From: Mobula hypostoma
Lineage: Eukaryota
DNA: 64,000 bases
Reading direction: 5' to 3'
Assembly (NCBI RefSeq): GCF_963921235.1
Contig: NC_086118.1
Coordinates: 2,046,001-2,110,000 of the forward strand
Shown here: positions 61,483 through 64,000 of the stretch, in pieces
How the letters are laid out: the number at the start of each line of letters is the position of its first letter
Position numbering within the stretch: position 1 is the first letter of the stretch
Translations under genes and position numbers: made by a program
The notes under the pieces: generated by a model
Seen by the model: only the letters and a program-made list of their open reading frames with translations
Told to the model about the DNA's origin: nothing
The model's database searches: none

Positions 61483-61826
61483 TTGCCTCTTTAAGAATCG
61501 GGTTATGGTAGGGGAGGGGGAAATATGGGGTTGCCCTTTTAAGAAGTGGGGATAGGGTAGAGGTGGGGCTGCCCCTTTAAGAGGCGGGGTTACAGTGGGG
61601 GTGGGACTACCCCTTTAAGAAGCGGGGCTACAGTGGGGGTGGGACTACCCCTTTAAGAGGCGGGGTGACAGTGGAGGTGGGACTGTCCCTTTAAGAGGCG
61701 GGGTTACAGTGGGTGAGCTGCCCCTTTAAGAGGCGGGGTTACAGGGGGTGGACTGCCCCTTTGAGAGGCGGGGTTACAGTGGGTGGACTGCCCCTTTAAG
61801 AGGCGGGGTTCCAGTGGGGGTGGGGT
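61483..61826 (+). promoter_or_regulatory. Tandem-repeat (VNTR) promoter: ~7 good plus 2 degenerate 35-38-bp units, each CCCTTTAAG + GAGGCGGGG
   Basis: Unit CTGCCCCTTTAAGAGGCGGGGTTACAGTGGGGGTGGGA, directly upstream of a CpG-rich ATG. Confidence 0.75.
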
Positions 61827-61859
61827 TCATACTGCTCAGAGGAGGCGTTGGCGGCGGCG

Positions 61860-61881
61860 ATGGCGCTGAACGGGGCCGGTG
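61860..61881 (+). CDS. Probable first coding exon of a downstream gene, MALNGA(G)...; possibly ZNRD2/SSSCA1 (rest outside window)
   Basis: Strong Kozak GCGGCGATGG in a CpG island. MALNGA matches my recollection of the ZNRD2 N-terminus. The donor is ambiguous (61879, 61882 or 61898) and no exon 2 was found. Confidence 0.4.
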
Positions 61882-64000
61882 GTCTGGGCTGCTCCAGGTA
61901 TTGGGTTGGGGCGCGGGAGGGCCGCCTCTTCTCCTCTGACCTGACGGGCGTCACCGCCTGGACGGTATCTGTGGTGTTTATTCGAGCTAAGTGACGGGAA
62001 ATAACGGTGGCGAGCAGCGGCTCAGCGTCTGGTAAACCTGTCCCCCACTCCACCCGCCTGCCGGTGTCTCATGTCTCCGGACCCACTCGGCCCGTCATGG
62101 AGATGCTCTCTGACAGGCTTCAAGCCGGGGTGCGGGGGATATCTGAACGAGATGGGCTGTCTGCCTCTGGGTGAAAAATGTTCCCCCGTCTCCTCTCGAC
62201 CTTTTTTAAATGCCCCGTTTAATGTTGGCGGTCCTCATTTACTCTGTCCGGGTTGTTCAAGATTTTACACAGCTACCTACAGCATCATCTCTTGTAGAGA
62301 AAAATAATGCAATATGTCCAACCTTTCCAGACAGCTACAATTTTCCAGTCCTGGCAACATCCCAATCAATATTCTCTGCAGTGCAGTCTCATGTGGGGAC
62401 CAGAGCTGTTCTCTTTTCGTAGCTGCCCTGTTAGCAATTCTAGCCAACCTGCCCTCGAATTCTTTTTTTTAACCTCTGTGTAGATCAGCCATCACTCTGA
62501 GCAGAAAGTGTTGACACAGCCTGAAATCTGTCTGGCACTGTATATTAACATTATATAGAAGAAAATCCCAGCTGCACGACTCCAAAGGCTATGTGCACGG
62601 GTGCCTCACACCACGCAGCTTAGGAGCGGTGATTTTAGTGTAATCTTCCTGTTCTGTCTTACATAATAAAGGAAAATATGTGGTATGCCTTTTTAAGCCA
62701 CCTTTTTGAATTGTGCTATTTCCAAGAATCCATGAAACAGTGATCATAAAGTTTAAATTTATGTTGGAAAATGAAAACGACCAGAAAAAATAAATGATGA
62801 AAAGGAATAATTTAAAAAGTAGAACACTCAAGCCGAGGAGGAGGGCCTGGCATGGTAAAAAGGTTCAATTTAACATCAGAGAATGTATACAGTATACAAC
62901 CTGAATTACTTAGACATCAAATAAACAAGAAATTGCAAAGAATGAATGATTGTACCGTTAGAAGCTCGAAACAACGTACAGGAATCTCTGTATTGTGGCC
63001 GTTAGATAATGGAATTTCACCCCTACTCAATTTGCAAATCCCTCTCCAAAATTCTGAGATACAGAACTTACATTTTTTCTGGAGGAACTTGTGTGGGGAA
63101 AGTTGACAAATTTATTTCCAAGTTTTGTTTCTTTACACATTAGGTGACACAACTTCCTGTGCCTGAGACAGGCTTGGCTTACAGGAATGCAGCTGCCTCC
63201 ATCCTATAGTAAAGGTTACGCTGCACGAGAATGTTAAGTGACGTATGAAGACTAGATGTTTTTGGTATGGAGCAGGTACATTCCCACCAAAAAAAGGAAG
63301 CCTTTGAAGATGTCTCAGACAAAAGGCTGGTTGGTGGAGTGGGGAGAGAATGAAAGTGGGAAAACTATGTGAAAAAGAGAATGCATGTCAGATGATTAAT
63401 TGCTGAATACAGTAAGCTGAGAGGAAAGATGAAATGATAAACAAGATGAACAAAGAGAGATGGAATGATAAAAGAAATCCAGAAGTGCTCAATGTAAATT
63501 TCTAGAGGCATTAAGTGGGGGAGTCAGTGATTCGGGGGCAAGAAAGTGATCTATGCATGCAAACAAAATGTTTAGCCACAGCAGTCTAATATCTTCAGCA
63601 ATGAGGAGATGTTGTCAAGATCTTAGGAGGGAAGATGATAGAGATTTGAGGTAGCACAACAACCATAACAATCCTGACCTCGGCTTTTGCCTGTATGGAG
63701 TTTGCACATTTACCTTGTGGTTGCTCGAGTTTCCTCCGGGTGATCCAGTTTCTTCCCCCAGTGATGGTTACGTGTTGTAAATTGCCCCGAGTGCGTAGAC
63801 TCTGAGATAGGTGAGATGGGAATGTGCAGAGAATATGATGGATTAGTCCAAGGATAGTACTTAATGTTTGGAATGAACTTGGTAGACGAAAGCAACAGTT
63901 TCTCGTTCTGTGTCTCTCTGTGACTTATAAAGTGGATGAAAATGGAAAAGAGTGTGTCCCTTTCAGGCTTTTGTATCTTATTGGAAGTTTGGTTGATCGC

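Noticed and set aside
55600-64000. MRPL58 (ICT1), expected next to ATP5PD from human synteny
   Set aside because: I found no exon with the SSGPGGQNVNKV motif or other MRPL58 sequence in this window.

Overview
This is eukaryotic (vertebrate) genomic DNA. The repeat landscape (CR1 LINEs with esterase ORF1, Penelope-like elements, L1, Tc1) suggests a cartilaginous fish, probably a ray; that species call is inference only. Three complete spliced genes can be read by hand. (1) KCTD2, minus strand, 6 coding exons, 217 aa. (2) ATP5PD/ATP5H (ATP synthase subunit d), plus strand, one non-coding exon plus 5 coding exons, 161 aa, head-to-head with KCTD2 on a very compact bidirectional CpG promoter. (3) A two-exon gene missing from the ORF track (6598-6680 + 11830-11962) encoding a 71-aa single-pass membrane microprotein that I cannot name. 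A fourth gene probably starts at the GC-rich tandem-repeat promoter near 61.5-61.9 kb (MALNGA..., possibly ZNRD2/SSSCA1). Most remaining sequence is transposon-derived. The most interesting items are: the microprotein gene; Penelope-derived fold-back insertions with TSDs and minimal hammerhead ribozyme motifs, one of which holds a 184-bp copy of the KCTD2 3' region at its hairpin apex; a 1.6-kb palindromic Tc1 made of two 3' halves; a Met-Ala-Met uORF overlapping the KCTD2 start; and two large minisatellites around ATP5PD exon 2. Coordinates were counted by eye, and repeat boundaries are approximate.
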